A stretch of 64,000 bases of DNA from an uncultured Nanoarchaeota archaeon (GCA_963779925.1 CAVZZS010000002.1:540-64539); one strand, 5' to 3'. Numbered from the stretch's first letter, positions 24,115 to 35,743 are shown. Numbers and translations: made by a program. The notes: generated by a model not told the origin, from the sequence alone.

Positions 24115-27100
24115 ATGCCCGCAACACTGGAAGCAAAATTTGAACCTCGATATAGGACAGTTTCATTAAGTGATGATCCCCGAAAATATTCTCCAATTGA
24201 AAGAGAGTCTTATGATAAAGATAAACATATATTAGTCGAAGATGCAAAAACTTTGGTTGAGAACCAAAAGGATTCACAACTGGAGGTCCAAAGATTAACT
24301 GATGCAATAACTTCTGGAGATATAAGAGTCTATGAATTTGATGGCCAGAAATATTTGGATAGAACAGATATTGGAAGGATTTATCATCAGACAAGAGAGA
24401 AAACAGGACTAAGTGTTGAAAGATATTTCACAACCTCGGGGGAAGATCCATTTGAATCTGTAACATATACCCCTCGGCATTTGGAAATTAAAGAGTTCAA
24501 AACAGGAAAGGTTGTCTTTGAAATGGACGGGGCAGAAATTCCCGACTGGATGAATGAAACCGAAGCTTCTATTGTTGCATCCAAATATTTTTTCCGGCCT
24601 AAAAAAGAAAAATGGAAAGAAAAATTGAAACATTCAATCGGTTCTGATCATGAATATTCTTTAAAGCAGCTCAATAAAAGGGTTGCAGATTTCTTCACAG
24701 AAGAAGGATGGAAACTTGGATATTTCAAAACAGAAGCAGACAGGGAAAATTTCAGGAATGAATTATACTTCTTGCAGATAAATGGATTTGGTGCATTTAA
24801 TTCTCCGACCCAGTTTAATGCCGGATTATTTAATTCATATGGAATTTCCGGAAACAATGGAATAAATTATTACAAGGATCCCGAAACCGGAGAGGTAAAG
24901 AAAGTAATGAATGGAGAATATATTCATCCTCAACTGCATGCTTGCTTCATTAAAGGCCCTAATGATGATCTTGAAAGCATAGCGCAAAACTTAGTTGATG
25001 AAGTCGCAATCTTTTCATCCGGGTCCGGCATAGGCCATGACATTGGAAAATTAAGAGGAGAAGGAGAATACTTATCTGGAGGCGGGAAATCTTCTGGCTC
25101 GATGAGTTTTTTAAAAGTCACCGACCGGGGAGCGGGCGCTATAAAATCAGGCGGAAAAACAAGGAGAGCAGCAAGAATGGCAACTATGAGGTATCAACAT
25201 CCAGACATTATGAGTTTCATCCGAGATAAAGTTCAGGAAGACAGAAAGGCCTTAATTTTAATGCAAAATGGTTTCAGCACAGGAATGGATGGAGAAGCAT
25301 ATACCACTGTCGCATTGCAAAATACAAATCTTTCAGTCAGATTAGATGATAAGTTTTTTGAAACATTAAAAGCAGGAGGAGAAGTCCAAACATATAATGT
25401 TAAAGATGGAAAACCCTCCAAAAAAATATCTGCAGAACGGATGCTTCAGGAAATTGCTTTTGGAAGCTGGAGAATCGGAGATCCTGCAGTTCAATATGAA
25501 GACAAGATTCAAGAGATGCATGTTGCAAAGAATTCCGGAAGAATAAACTCTTCAAATCCCTGTTCTGAATATATGTTCCTTGATGATACTTCTTGCAGCC
25601 TGTATTCTATGAGACTAACCGCTTTCATGAATGAAGATGGAACATTTAACGCAGTGGATTTCAGAAAGGCTCTAAGAGTTTTCACAATAGCACAAAATAT
25701 CGCCAATAAAAGTGCATCATATCCTGTTAGAGAAGTTGCAGTAATTAGCCCCGAATATGCAACAATCGGCGGAGGCTATGCAGATCTGGGGTCTTTGCTA
25801 ATGAGAAGCGGCATTCCTTATGACTCTGAAAAAGGGAGAGCAACTGCGGCAGCCATAACTTCTTTATTAACCGGAACTATTTATGAAACCTCTGCTGAAA
25901 TTGCAGGAGCATTAGGATCTTTCACGCATTTTGAATTTAATAAAAAACCAATGATGGAAGTCATGGAAAAGCACAGGCAAAATCTTGAAGATATCTCATG
26001 GGGAGAAATTGGTGATGATGCATTAAAAGGCGCGGCCTATCAATCATGGGAGCAGGCTATTGCACTTGGAGAACAATTTGGATATAGCAATGCACAAGCA
26101 TCGGTCATTGCTCCTACAGGAACAATATCTTTTTTAATGGGATGCAGCACTACGAGCGGAGAACCTGCAATGGCTCTTAGCATTACAAAGAATCTTGCCG
26201 GCGGAGGAAATATTACAATCGCTAATAAAGACGTGGAAATTGCCCTCAAAAAATTAGGATACAGCCATGAGCAAATTGTAGATATATCGAAATATATTGG
26301 AAAAGAAATTGCACCATATACTCCTAGAGGCACAATTATCAACGCCCCTCATGTCAGGCCAGAACATTATGCCATATTCAATACTGCATTTGGAAATTCC
26401 AAAGGAGAGGGAAGCATAGACTTTGAAGGACATGTTAAAATGTTAGGAGCAACACAGCCATTTATTTCAGGCGCAATTTCAAAAACAAATAATCTCCCTG
26501 AAAGTGCAACAGTTAAGGATATTTATGACGGTTACTTGCTTGGAAGTGAATTAGGATTGAAAGCCATCTCAATTTTCAGGAACAATAGCAAACCAATATC
26601 AGCTGTTGATTTCGGTGGCAAAAGCTATGTCAAATTGAAAAGAGGAGAAAAAGAAGATCTGCCGGGAAGAAGATCTGGTTTTGAAACAGAAGTCCGCATG
26701 GGAGAACACTCTTTCCATGTTATTTCAAGCGATTATCTTGATGGCAAACCTGGGCAAATAACTTTCTTAAGTTACAAATCGGGTTCAACTCTCGGAGCAC
26801 ACTTCTCTAGCGCGGGCGTCTCTGCTTCAAAATCCCTTAAAAGAGGAGTAAGCTTGGAAGATGTGACTGAAGGCTGGCTTGGACAACAGTTTGAGCCTCA
26901 TGGGCTTGTTCAGGGACACCCTTTCATCAAAACAGCAAGTTCCCCTCTTGACTTCGCAGCAAAAGTATTGAGGTTGGAATATCTAGGAGATTTAGATATG
27001 GTCGAACCAGAATTACGAAGCAAAGTCAATCTAAGAGACCTATGGGGTGCAAAAAATGGAGCTTTCAGAACTTATAAGAGAATGAAAATTGACGAATGGA

Positions 27101-27306
27101 GCTTTGAAGATGTAATGAAAGATGCTGAAACAGGCGGATTTGTTGAAGGTACTGAAGAATTCAATGGAAACGGAAATGGCAATGGAAGCAGAAAAAATTC
27201 CAGGGGAGTAACTTGCAATTCATGCGGGAATTTAATGAGACCAACAGGGCCAAATTGCTTTTCATGTGATAATTGCGGGGACAAGGTTGGTGGCTGCGGA
27301 GCTTAA
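24115..27306 (+). CDS. nrdJ: Class II (adenosylcobalamin-dependent) ribonucleotide reductase NrdJ with an N-terminal extension and a Cys-rich C-terminal tail
   Basis: ASKYFF...LHACFI...SSGSGIGHDIGKLRGEGE...GG.SSGSMSFLKV.D......SGGKTRRAA.M...HPDI..FI; NPCSEYMFLDDTSCSLYS (active-site Cys-Glu). C-terminal CNSCGN...CFSCDNCGDKVGGCGA. Confidence 0.9.
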   Translation: MPATLEAKFEPRYRTVSLSDDPRKYSPIERESYDKDKHILVEDAKTLVENQKDSQLEVQRLTDAITSGDIRVYEFDGQKYLDRTDIGRIYHQTREKTGLSVERYFTTSGEDPFESVTYTPRHLEIKEFKTGKVVFEMDGAEIPDWMNETEASIVASKYFFRPKKEKWKEKLKHSIGSDHEYSLKQLNKRVADFFTEEGWKLGYFKTEADRENFRNELYFLQINGFGAFNSPTQFNAGLFNSYGISGNNGINYYKDPETGEVKKVMNGEYIHPQLHACFIKGPNDDLESIAQNLVDEVAIFSSGSGIGHDIGKLRGEGEYLSGGGKSSGSMSFLKVTDRGAGAIKSGGKTRRAARMATMRYQHPDIMSFIRDKVQEDRKALILMQNGFSTGMDGEAYTTVALQNTNLSVRLDDKFFETLKAGGEVQTYNVKDGKPSKKISAERMLQEIAFGSWRIGDPAVQYEDKIQEMHVAKNSGRINSSNPCSEYMFLDDTSCSLYSMRLTAFMNEDGTFNAVDFRKALRVFTIAQNIANKSASYPVREVAVISPEYATIGGGYADLGSLLMRSGIPYDSEKGRATAAAITSLLTGTIYETSAEIAGALGSFTHFEFNKKPMMEVMEKHRQNLEDISWGEIGDDALKGAAYQSWEQAIALGEQFGYSNAQASVIAPTGTISFLMGCSTTSGEPAMALSITKNLAGGGNITIANKDVEIALKKLGYSHEQIVDISKYIGKEIAPYTPRGTIINAPHVRPEHYAIFNTAFGNSKGEGSIDFEGHVKMLGATQPFISGAISKTNNLPESATVKDIYDGYLLGSELGLKAISIFRNNSKPISAVDFGGKSYVKLKRGEKEDLPGRRSGFETEVRMGEHSFHVISSDYLDGKPGQITFLSYKSGSTLGAHFSSAGVSASKSLKRGVSLEDVTEGWLGQQFEPHGLVQGHPFIKTASSPLDFAAKVLRLEYLGDLDMVEPELRSKVNLRDLWGAKNGAFRTYKRMKIDEWSFEDVMKDAETGGFVEGTEEFNGNGNGNGSRKNSRGVTCNSCGNLMRPTGPNCFSCDNCGDKVGGCGA

Positions 27307-27359
27307 AGACTATTTTGCATCATAATCTAATTTTTAAATTAAAATCTTTTCTGAATAAC

Positions 27360-28046
27360 ATGGGCAATCCTGACCAAAAAATAGTTGTTGTAGAAAAAGA
27401 TATTCTATTTGCACGGGGGGATCATTATTTTGAAGGATTCAGCCCTGTGGAAAAAGTTGATTATGAATCAGTGGTCTTAGAATATATGAAAGTCATGAGA
27501 AGGGGCTCGACAAAGGAGCCAGTAAATCACCCATCCGGAAATGCCGAAATGAATACTTCATACAAGCAGCCAATAGGATACACGATTATTGCAAACATTC
27601 CCCAAAAGAAAGTTTTTGCTTACCAACGTTCTGTCGATGATAAAAGCTATGCGGAAAAAAGATTGCAAGGAAGATGGTCGTGGGGATTTGGCGGACATAT
27701 AGAACCCCTTGATATGGAAAATGGAAATCCAATAAGAGAAAGCATACTAAGAGAGCTTAGCGAAGAAGTAAAGATAATAGGCACAAAAAAATTGGATATT
27801 ATCGGATATGTCAATGAAGATGTTCAACTTGAAGAAGACTCAAAATTAAACAGACCAAGCATCGGAAGAGTCCATTTTGGTATTTTATACTTATTAAGCA
27901 CAGATGCGCCAATGCTGATGATCGGAGATAAAGAAATTGCAAGAGTCGAATTAAAAACTATTTCTGAACTTGAAGAGCTTTGCAAAACTGAAGAAGTCGA
28001 AGGCTGGTCAAAAATTGCCCTAGAATCTTTAAGAAAAATTTTATAA
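27360..28046 (+). CDS. Nudix-hydrolase-like protein (divergent Nudix box)
   Basis: WGFGGHIEPLDMENGNPIRESILRELSEEVKI contains G..GG..E......RE..EE with an insertion. The start is re-assigned to ATG 27360, supported by tttttaaa at 27331-27338. Confidence 0.55.
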   Translation: MGNPDQKIVVVEKDILFARGDHYFEGFSPVEKVDYESVVLEYMKVMRRGSTKEPVNHPSGNAEMNTSYKQPIGYTIIANIPQKKVFAYQRSVDDKSYAEKRLQGRWSWGFGGHIEPLDMENGNPIRESILRELSEEVKIIGTKKLDIIGYVNEDVQLEEDSKLNRPSIGRVHFGILYLLSTDAPMLMIGDKEIARVELKTISELEELCKTEEVEGWSKIALESLRKIL

Positions 28047-28068
28047 ATAGATTCTTTGTTTCTACGCA

Positions 28069-28386
28069 ATGGAAGAAGTTCCAGAACTGACAAACGGAGA
28101 ATTTGAAAGCTTCATAAAAGGTGGAACTGTCCTGATTGATTTCTTTGCGGAATGGTGCATGCCATGCCTTATGATGGCTCCCGTTATAGAAGAACTTTCT
28201 GACAAATTCAGGGGCAAGATAAAATTCGGCAAAGTCAATGTTGATGACAATGAAAAATTAGCGCAGAAGTTCCATGTCACATCGATTCCCACTTTTGTGC
28301 TGTTCAAAGAAGGGAATCCGGCACAGCAATTTATCGGCTCTATGGCCCATGAAGAATTCAGGGAAAAACTGAAGCAGTTTATCTAA
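28069..28386 (+). CDS. trx: Thioredoxin (active site WCMPC)
   Basis: 105 aa. VLIDFFAEWCMPCLMMAP...KVNVDDN..LA.KF.V.SIPT..LFK.G. TATA box tttataaa at 28040-28047. Confidence 0.9.
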   Translation: MEEVPELTNGEFESFIKGGTVLIDFFAEWCMPCLMMAPVIEELSDKFRGKIKFGKVNVDDNEKLAQKFHVTSIPTFVLFKEGNPAQQFIGSMAHEEFREKLKQFI

Positions 28387-28610
28387 TAAAATTCTTTTTC
28401 TATAACTGCCATTGTTATCTTCTTATTACAGGATGTGCAATAAAATATTGCTCCTCTTTTTTCAAAAAAATCATTGCCACAATCGCAGACTACAAGTTTC
28501 TCAGTCCCATCCTTGAGCTTAAGAAATATTTGATTGCACTGATCGATAGTATAAAAAATTCCCTTCGGTTTGGTTTTTTGTATTTCTTCAAGGGTTATAT
28601 CTTCTTCCAT
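28383..28610 (-). CDS. Small zinc-ribbon-like protein (75 aa)
   Basis: CDCGN...(14 aa)...CTSCNK. The track's longer N-terminus (to 28652) runs into tRNA-Lys, so the start is moved to ATG 28610 (MEEDITL...). Confidence 0.42.
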   Translation of the reverse strand: MEEDITLEEIQKTKPKGIFYTIDQCNQIFLKLKDGTEKLVVCDCGNDFFEKRGAIFYCTSCNKKITMAVIEKEFY

Positions 28611-28622
28611 CTTTTTTTGAAA

Positions 28623-28696
28623 TGGCCCCGATGGGATTTGGACCCACGACACCTGGATTAAAAGTCCAGTGCTCTACCAAGCTGAGCTACGGAGCC
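28623..28696 (-). tRNA. tRNA-Lys (anticodon TTT)
   Basis: The reverse complement is GGCTCCG-TA-GCTC-AGCTTGGTA-GAGC-A-CTGGA-CTTTTAA-TCCAG-GTGTC-GTGGG-TCCAAAT-CCCAT-CGGGGCC-A, a clean cloverleaf. Confidence 0.9.
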
Positions 28697-28800
28697 TTAA
28701 ACATTCTAAAAATAATTAATTTAAAAAATGTTCTATAACCCGATTTCGTCACTTGAAAAGTTCAATATATCCTTATAAATAGAAATCAAATCCATTGAAC

Positions 28801-29436
28801 ATGGATATCACTGTTATAGAGAAAATATTAGTCGTCTTCGTACTGACTTTTTTGTTCGGGATTGAGAGACAAAGAAAACATACGCCAGTCGGTTTTGCAA
28901 CATTCGTCCTTGTTGCAATCGGATCATGCGGCCTGACAATTGTCGCCCTTCAGCTTGCGATTTCAAACACCATATTTTTGCTCAGCGGAATAGTCAGCGG
29001 TGTTGGTTTCCTTGGGGCGGGAGTTCTAATGGGGGGAAGCTCTGCAGAGAGAACATCCGGCTTCATAACGGCTGCAAGCGTGTGGCTGTTTTCAATTTTT
29101 GGGATAATAATCGGACTGGGATATTATGAAATTGGAATTCTAATTTATGTGTTTACATGGGTTATTGTTGTAGTTGACAGACATTTAGAGAAGGGACTTA
29201 CCGATTCCTATAAAAGAGAAATCTCAATCAGGACAAAGGGCTTCATGGAGAAGAAAGAGATAACAGACATTCTTGCAAAATACTGCACAAGCTTCAAACT
29301 TGTAAAAGTTGAAATCGACAGGAAAAACAAAGAGGTTTTATTGAAATATCTGATAGAAGGACTGAAGAAGGACATAGACTCATTTTTGAGGGAATTTTAC
29401 AATGAAAAATGGTGCATTTCTGTAGAGTTGGGTTAA
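28801..29436 (+). CDS. mgtC: MgtC/SapB-family membrane protein
   Basis: FGIERQRKHTPVGFATFVLVAIGSCGLT...GVGFLGAGV is the MgtC N-terminal domain. ATG 28801 is supported by cttataaa at 28772-28779. Confidence 0.78.
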   Translation: MDITVIEKILVVFVLTFLFGIERQRKHTPVGFATFVLVAIGSCGLTIVALQLAISNTIFLLSGIVSGVGFLGAGVLMGGSSAERTSGFITAASVWLFSIFGIIIGLGYYEIGILIYVFTWVIVVVDRHLEKGLTDSYKREISIRTKGFMEKKEITDILAKYCTSFKLVKVEIDRKNKEVLLKYLIEGLKKDIDSFLREFYNEKWCISVELG

Positions 29437-29526
29437 AGGGCTAAAACAAAAACTTTTTAAACCAAATTTTTATATCTTGTATTATCGTATCGTAGTAAAA
29501 AACTAAACTAATGTTTTTTTAACATA

Positions 29527-29733
29527 ATGCACATCCTTCAACCCAAACACATTAAGCTTAATCAAAAAGAATCTGAAGACCTTCTCTCTAGATTAAATGT
29601 CTCAAAAGCACAGCTGCCAAAGATTTTATCGACGGATCCAATATTGCCGGAAGGATGCAATGTCGGCGACATCATAAAAATCGAAAGAAAAGACGGCGAA
29701 AAAACCGAGGCTTATTTTAGAGTTGTTGTTTAG
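29527..29733 (+). CDS. rpoH: RNA polymerase subunit H (Rpo5)
   Basis: 68 aa. HILQPKHIKLNQKESEDLLSRLNVSKAQLPKILSTDPI....G..GDIIKIER is the typical RpoH pattern. Confidence 0.9.
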   Translation: MHILQPKHIKLNQKESEDLLSRLNVSKAQLPKILSTDPILPEGCNVGDIIKIERKDGEKTEAYFRVVV

Positions 29734-29761
29734 ATTTAAAACAAATTAAGTACAAATCGAA

Positions 29762-32700
29762 ATGGAAAAAAATAACCATCTAATAGTCAAAAGATACCTG
29801 CAAGAGCACTCTCTTGTTGCATCTAACATAACTTCATTCAATGATTTTATTGAAAGAAGAATGCAGGAAATCACGGAGGAAATCTCCAAGTCAATTGAAA
29901 AAGGGGAATTTGATATTTCTTTGGGAAGAATAAAGGTCGGAAGACCTAATATTGTTGAAGCTGATGGAAGCTCTTCACTGATAATGCCTTATGAGGCAAG
30001 ACTTAGAAACTTGACTTATTCTGCCCCTGTTTTTGTCGAATTGACTGTTAGGCATGAAGACCAGGTTGATTCTGAAACGGTAGAAATCGGAAGAATTCCA
30101 GCAATGGTAAAAAGCGATATTTGCAATACAAATGGGCTATCAAAGGAAGATCTGATAAAAAATTATGAAGACCCATTGGATCCCGGAGGATATTTTATTA
30201 TCAACGGAAATGAAAGAGTCATGGTAATGGCAGAGGATCTTGCAGAGAATCAGCCATTTATTGAAACAAACAAGAGCGGAGAACTGACATTAAGACTTTT
30301 CTCTTTGAGAGGAACATACAGAATTCCTATCTTGATTTCTGAAAGCAAAGATGGAGTTTTGAACACTTCATTCAGCAGATTCAGGGATATACCCTCTGTT
30401 GTTCTGCTAAAGGCACTTGGGCTGGTAAAAGAATCTGACATTGCAAAGTACATCGGAATAGAAACTGATGATATTATCGTCAATCTCTACGAGTATGTCA
30501 ATATTGCAACAAAAGAAGATGCTATGATGTTTATCGCTGAAAAAACAAATCTTCAGGGAACAAAGAAAGAAATTTTGGACAGAGTAAAGCAAAGAATTGA
30601 TTCATTCTTATTCCCCCACATAGGGCAAGATAAGGAAGACCGATTAAAGAAAGCGGTAACACTTTGCAAGCTCATAAAACAATTCTTGATTGCCAAAGGA
30701 AACCCTAATCTCAGAACTTACAAAGACCATTATGCAAACAAGAGAGTCAGACTTTCAGGGGATTTGCTTTCAAGCCTGTTCAGGGTCAATCTTGGAATTC
30801 TTATAAGAGATATCCAGTATTCTCTGCAAAAATCCATGAAGAGAAAAAAGTTTTCTTCATTGAAGGTTATTTCCAAATCCACTTTATTTTCACACAGGGT
30901 TGAATCTGCAATCGCGACAGGAAGCTGGGTAGGCGAAAGAAGCGGAATTACCCAGAACATGGATAAAACAAATTATCTTGCAATAATTTCCCAGCTGCAA
31001 AGAGTTTCAAGCATGCTTCCAAGCGAGCAGGAAAATTTCATGGCAAGAACCTTGGATCCAACGCATTATGGAAGATTCTGCCCTATAGAAACTCCTGAAG
31101 GAACTGAAATCGGATTGAGAAAAAATCTCGCTATCTTGAGCAAAGTCTCCACAAGAGTAAATATCGATGAGGCTGCATTCATCAAAGAGCTTGAAAAAGA
31201 AGGCCTTAATGTCGAAGAAAGCGAAGGAACAGAAGTTTTCTTCAACGGCGTATTTATAGGAAACATAAAGAATCATCATGAATTTGTAAATAGTATAAGA
31301 GAAAAAAGAAGATCCGGAAAATTGCCTCTTCAGATGAACATAAGGGATTATACGGATTTCAGAGTAGTAATGATTTCTACCGAACCCGGAAGAGTTCTAA
31401 GACCACTGATAATCGCTGACAACGGAGTCTCCAGATTAACTGATTCCCATATGATCCAGTTAGAACAAGGAGAATTAAGCTGGAATGATTTGACTGCAAA
31501 AGGAATTATCGAATATCTTGATGCAGCAGAAGAAGAAAATGCTTTAGTCGCTGTCAGAAAAGAAGATCTTGACCAGCAGCACACTCATCTCGAAATTGAT
31601 TCTATGGACTTGTTCGGAGTTGTAACAAGCCTTGTACCTTATGGAAATCACAATCAAAGTTCCAGATTGAATAGGGGAAGTAAAACGCAAAAGCAGGCCC
31701 TTGGAATCTATGCCGCAAATTATCTTGCAAGAATCGATACAGACGTTTCTATCCTTCAATATCCGCAAAAGCCAATCGTGCGAAGCTTTGTTTATGATAC
31801 CCTGAACACTTATCCTGCAGGACAGAATTTGGTTGTCGCTATCATGACACATGATGGCTATAACATGGAAGATGCTCTCGTATTCAACAAGGGAAGCGTG
31901 GACAGAGGGGTTGGAAGAAGCTTTTTCTTCAGGCCATACTCCGCAGTCGAGATGAATTATTCGGGCGGATTAAAGGACGAGATTGCAATTCCTGAAAAAG
32001 ACGCTTCAGGATATAAGATGGAATCAAGCTACAGATATCTTGAGAATGACGGAGTTGTTTATCCGGAAGCTGATATTAATGAAGGAGAAGTATTGATAGG
32101 AAAGATGTCTCCTCCTAAATTCTTGTCTGAAGCTAGAGAGATTTCAGTTAAGACAAAGAAAGAATCTTCCGTAACAATGAGGCAGGAAGAGAAAGGAATA
32201 GTCGAGGCTGTTTTCGTAACCGAGGATTCCGAAGGAAATAAGATTGTCCAAGTCAAGACACGTGATCCAAGAATCCCTGAACTCGGGGATAAATTCGCAA
32301 CATCACACGGACAGAAAGGAGTTATCGGAGCAATTATTCCTGAAGAGGATATACCATTCACATCAAGAGGAATAAGGCCAGATGTCATTTTCAACCCTCA
32401 CGGACTTCCAAGCAGAATGACTGTCGGATATTTGATGGAATTGCTCGCAGGAAAAGTCGGATGCCTTAGAGGAGAAGTTGTTGACGGAACCCCATTCTCA
32501 GGAGAAAGCAAGGGTGAATTGGAAACTCAGCTTAAAAAATTAGGATTCAGATTTGACGGAAAAGAAACAATGTACAATGGAGTAACCGGAAAGAAATTTG
32601 ACATAAAGATTTTCGTCGGAGACCTATACTACTTGAAATTAAAGTACATGGTTGGAAATAAGATACATGCAAGAGCTTCCGGAAAGATAGCTTTGCTAAC

Positions 32701-33016
32701 GAGACAGCCTGTCGAGGGAAGATCAAAGGGCGGAGCTTTAAGATTGGGAGAGATGGAACAGGAAGCTTTGGTTGCGCATGGTGCAGCCCTATTATTGAAA
32801 GAAAGATATGATTCAGATAAGATTGTTTTGAACATCTGCACAAGATGCGGCTCAATTGCAATCGAAGACAATATCAGAAATAAGATTGTCTGCCCTATCT
32901 GTGGAAGTGAAGAAGCGGAGCCAGTAGAAATTTCATATGCATTCAAGCTTTTGCTGGAAGAACTTCAGGGATTACATATTCACACTAAATTCGGCTTAAA
33001 AAACAAATACGAATAA
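29762..33016 (+). CDS. rpoB: RNA polymerase subunit B (Rpo2), unsplit
   Basis: 1084 aa. [69 protein letters not shown], and the C-terminal zinc ribbon CTRCG...CPICG. Confidence 0.95.
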   Translation: MEKNNHLIVKRYLQEHSLVASNITSFNDFIERRMQEITEEISKSIEKGEFDISLGRIKVGRPNIVEADGSSSLIMPYEARLRNLTYSAPVFVELTVRHEDQVDSETVEIGRIPAMVKSDICNTNGLSKEDLIKNYEDPLDPGGYFIINGNERVMVMAEDLAENQPFIETNKSGELTLRLFSLRGTYRIPILISESKDGVLNTSFSRFRDIPSVVLLKALGLVKESDIAKYIGIETDDIIVNLYEYVNIATKEDAMMFIAEKTNLQGTKKEILDRVKQRIDSFLFPHIGQDKEDRLKKAVTLCKLIKQFLIAKGNPNLRTYKDHYANKRVRLSGDLLSSLFRVNLGILIRDIQYSLQKSMKRKKFSSLKVISKSTLFSHRVESAIATGSWVGERSGITQNMDKTNYLAIISQLQRVSSMLPSEQENFMARTLDPTHYGRFCPIETPEGTEIGLRKNLAILSKVSTRVNIDEAAFIKELEKEGLNVEESEGTEVFFNGVFIGNIKNHHEFVNSIREKRRSGKLPLQMNIRDYTDFRVVMISTEPGRVLRPLIIADNGVSRLTDSHMIQLEQGELSWNDLTAKGIIEYLDAAEEENALVAVRKEDLDQQHTHLEIDSMDLFGVVTSLVPYGNHNQSSRLNRGSKTQKQALGIYAANYLARIDTDVSILQYPQKPIVRSFVYDTLNTYPAGQNLVVAIMTHDGYNMEDALVFNKGSVDRGVGRSFFFRPYSAVEMNYSGGLKDEIAIPEKDASGYKMESSYRYLENDGVVYPEADINEGEVLIGKMSPPKFLSEAREISVKTKKESSVTMRQEEKGIVEAVFVTEDSEGNKIVQVKTRDPRIPELGDKFATSHGQKGVIGAIIPEEDIPFTSRGIRPDVIFNPHGLPSRMTVGYLMELLAGKVGCLRGEVVDGTPFSGESKGELETQLKKLGFRFDGKETMYNGVTGKKFDIKIFVGDLYYLKLKYMVGNKIHARASGKIALLTRQPVEGRSKGGALRLGEMEQEALVAHGAALLLKERYDSDKIVLNICTRCGSIAIEDNIRNKIVCPICGSEEAEPVEISYAFKLLLEELQGLHIHTKFGLKNKYE

Positions 33017-33017
33017 A

Positions 33018-35705
33018 ATGATACCAATAGTAAGAAAGAAAGTTGATGAAATAAAGTTTACTTTATTCAATCCGGAAGAGATCAAGAAAATTTCAGCTGC
33101 AAAGATAGTCACGCCTGAACTCTATGATATTGATGGATACCCTGTTGATGGGGGATTAATGGATTTAAGATTAGGAGCTATAGATCCTGGTGTAAGATGC
33201 AGAACCTGCGGCGGAAGATTAAAAGAATGCTTAGGGCACCCTGGAAGAATTGAATTGGCAAGATCGGTAATTCATTTGAAATATGTCCCTTTGATTGAAA
33301 TGGGATTAAGATGCTTCTGCCACAAATGCGGTAAACTATTAATTGAAGAGAAGAATATGAGCAAATATTCGCAAAGCGAGAGAGCTAAAAAAGCAAAGGA
33401 TGTAAAGAAATGCCCTTACTGCGGTGCAGACCATGAAAAAGTAAAAGTCGACAAACCTACAAATTTCTATATTGGCAAGAAAAGATTATTCCCCACAGTA
33501 GTAAGGGAAATGCTTGAGAATATTCCAAATGAAGAGCTGAAAAAAATAGGAGTCGATCCTTTAGGCGCAAGACCTGAATGGGCAATATTAACTTATCTTC
33601 TTGTTCCTCCCGTAACTGTCCGTCCAAGTATTATCCTTGAAAGCGGAGAAAGAAGCGAAGATGATTTAACACACAAACTCTCTGATATTATAAGAGCAAA
33701 CCAAAGATTATGGGAAAATCTGAATGCCGGAGCTCCTGAAGTTATTATTGAAGATTTATGGGACTTATTGCAATTCCATGTTACAACTTTCTTCGATAAT
33801 ACAGTATCAAGAATCCCACCTGCAAGGCATAGAAGCGGCCAGCCATTAAAAACAATCACTGAAAGAATCAAAGGAAAAGAAGGAAGAATAAGAAAGAACC
33901 TCGCCGGAAAGAGAGTAAATTATTCTGCAAGAACAGTAATCTCACCAGACCCATATATTGACATTAATGAAATAGGAATCCCTTTCAGCATTGCAAAAGT
34001 CATCACTGTTGCAGAAACTGTAAACGATTTGAATATTGACAATCTGAAAAAATTAATTGCAAAAGGCGAAGAATATCCAGGAGCAAATTATGTAATAAGA
34101 CCTGATGGAAAGAGAAAGAAAGTAACGCCAGAATTAAAGGATGAAATAATCAATGAAGTCATTCCAGGATATAAAGTTGAAAGACATCTTCAGGACGGAG
34201 ACGTGGTCTTATTCAACAGACATCCAAGCCTTCACAAGGGAAGCCTTATGGCCCACTTTGTAAGAGTTCTGCCCGGAAGAACGTTCAGATTGCATCCTGC
34301 TGCTGTAACCCCTTACAACGCTGATTTTGATGGGGATGAAATGAATATACACTCTCCTCAGACAGAAGAAGCAAGGGCAGAGGCAAGAATCTTGCTTGAC
34401 GTCAAGAAAAATTTAATTTCTCCAAAGAATAACACTAATTTAATCGGATGCACGGGCGACGCTGTTACTGGAAATTATCTATTAAGCCTTGGAGAATACC
34501 CAAAAGATTTCGCGGATGATTTGCTTTACAAATGCGGAATCACCAATGGGATAACAACAAAAAGAATCTCTGGCGCAGATGTTCTATCTCACGTACTGCC
34601 AAAAGGCATCAATTTCAAGAATGATTCTGTAGACATTAAAGATGGAAAAATAGTCAAGGGAGTAATTGACAGGACAATATTCAGCGATGAAGACGGGGAG
34701 CTCATAAAAGTTCTAGATAAAGAATTTGGAAGAGATGTGACTTTCAATACAATTAGGATGGCTTATGCCCTTGGAACAAAATATCTGACAAATAAGGGAA
34801 TTACAATTTCCGTCGGTGATTTGAATGTCAACAAAAAAGTTCTTGATGAGAAAGACAAGATCATAAAAGCCGCAGAGAAAAAAACAGAAGAAGTTATAGA
34901 ATCATACAATAACCGATCTCTCGAAGTCATTCCTGGAAAGACAAGGGAAGAATCAAGAGAATTGAAGATTCTTCAGATACTTAATGAAGTCAGATCAAAA
35001 ATCAGCGAAGTCGTCAAGGAAGAATTCCCTGAGGAAAATCCTATTTCATATATGATCAAATCTGGAAGCGGCGGAAACATTTTGAACATCACTCAGATGG
35101 CCTGTTCTGTAGGCCAGCAGGATCTTGAAGGAAAAAGAATTGATATAGGATACAATGACAGAACTATGTCTTTCTTCAAGAGAGGAGATTTATCTCCAAA
35201 AGCAAGAGGGTTCATCAACAGTTCATTCATGGAAGGACTAAAGCCAGAAGAATTCTTTTTCCAGGCTATGACAGGAAGATCCTCACTTATGGATACCGCA
35301 TTAAGAACTCCTAAATCCGGATATTTGTACAGAAGACTTGCAAGCGCATTGCAAGATTTAAGGCAGGAATATGACGGAACAATAAGAAACAGCAATGGAA
35401 ACATAATACAATATGAATATGGCGGAGACGGAATAGACGTTTCAAAGCTTCATCTCAACGGAAAACTTGAACCCGGAGAAGCAATAGGAATCGTAACAGC
35501 ACAATCATTCGGAGAGCCTTCAACGCAGATGGTCTTGAGAACATTCCACTTCGCAGGAGTCTCTGAAATGCAGGTCACGCAAGGGCTTCCAAGATTAATC
35601 GAAATCTTTGATGCAAGAAAAAAGCCAACATCTCCTAAGATGGAGATTTATTTGGGCAAAGATTTCAACAATGAAAAAGATGAAGAGTTCTTGCAGAGAA
35701 GATAA
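33018..35705 (+). CDS. rpoA1: RNA polymerase subunit A' (Rpo1N) extended through the canonical A'/A'' junction to include the trigger-loop segment
   Basis: [64 protein letters not shown]. The C-terminus has [48 protein letters not shown]...[13 protein letters not shown], which normally opens subunit A''. Confidence 0.9.
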   Translation: MIPIVRKKVDEIKFTLFNPEEIKKISAAKIVTPELYDIDGYPVDGGLMDLRLGAIDPGVRCRTCGGRLKECLGHPGRIELARSVIHLKYVPLIEMGLRCFCHKCGKLLIEEKNMSKYSQSERAKKAKDVKKCPYCGADHEKVKVDKPTNFYIGKKRLFPTVVREMLENIPNEELKKIGVDPLGARPEWAILTYLLVPPVTVRPSIILESGERSEDDLTHKLSDIIRANQRLWENLNAGAPEVIIEDLWDLLQFHVTTFFDNTVSRIPPARHRSGQPLKTITERIKGKEGRIRKNLAGKRVNYSARTVISPDPYIDINEIGIPFSIAKVITVAETVNDLNIDNLKKLIAKGEEYPGANYVIRPDGKRKKVTPELKDEIINEVIPGYKVERHLQDGDVVLFNRHPSLHKGSLMAHFVRVLPGRTFRLHPAAVTPYNADFDGDEMNIHSPQTEEARAEARILLDVKKNLISPKNNTNLIGCTGDAVTGNYLLSLGEYPKDFADDLLYKCGITNGITTKRISGADVLSHVLPKGINFKNDSVDIKDGKIVKGVIDRTIFSDEDGELIKVLDKEFGRDVTFNTIRMAYALGTKYLTNKGITISVGDLNVNKKVLDEKDKIIKAAEKKTEEVIESYNNRSLEVIPGKTREESRELKILQILNEVRSKISEVVKEEFPEENPISYMIKSGSGGNILNITQMACSVGQQDLEGKRIDIGYNDRTMSFFKRGDLSPKARGFINSSFMEGLKPEEFFFQAMTGRSSLMDTALRTPKSGYLYRRLASALQDLRQEYDGTIRNSNGNIIQYEYGGDGIDVSKLHLNGKLEPGEAIGIVTAQSFGEPSTQMVLRTFHFAGVSEMQVTQGLPRLIEIFDARKKPTSPKMEIYLGKDFNNEKDEEFLQRR

Positions 35706-35743
35706 AGGAAGTCAAAATAGAAGAAATCTCTTCAGAGGTCAAG

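Noticed and set aside
24115-27306. An intein or intron in the unusually long nrdJ. The same question was checked for rpoB, rpoA and fusA.
   Set aside because: The conserved catalytic motifs are contiguous. I see no C/S/T...HN-C/S/T splice-junction blocks or homing-endonuclease (LAGLIDADG) motifs. The extra length is at the N-terminus and the C-terminal tail.
28611-28652. The longer version of the 89-aa ORF, starting at 28652.
   Set aside because: Its first 14 codons are the reverse-strand sequence of tRNA-Lys (28623-28696). The internal ATG 28610 avoids the overlap.
35670-35705. Programmed -1 ribosomal frameshifting at the rpoA break.
   Set aside because: The target frame has a TGA at 35681-35683, so any shift must occur within 35684-35702. 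That stretch contains no X_XXY_YYZ slippery heptamer and no obvious downstream structure. The idea is kept only as a remote possibility under the rpoA finding.
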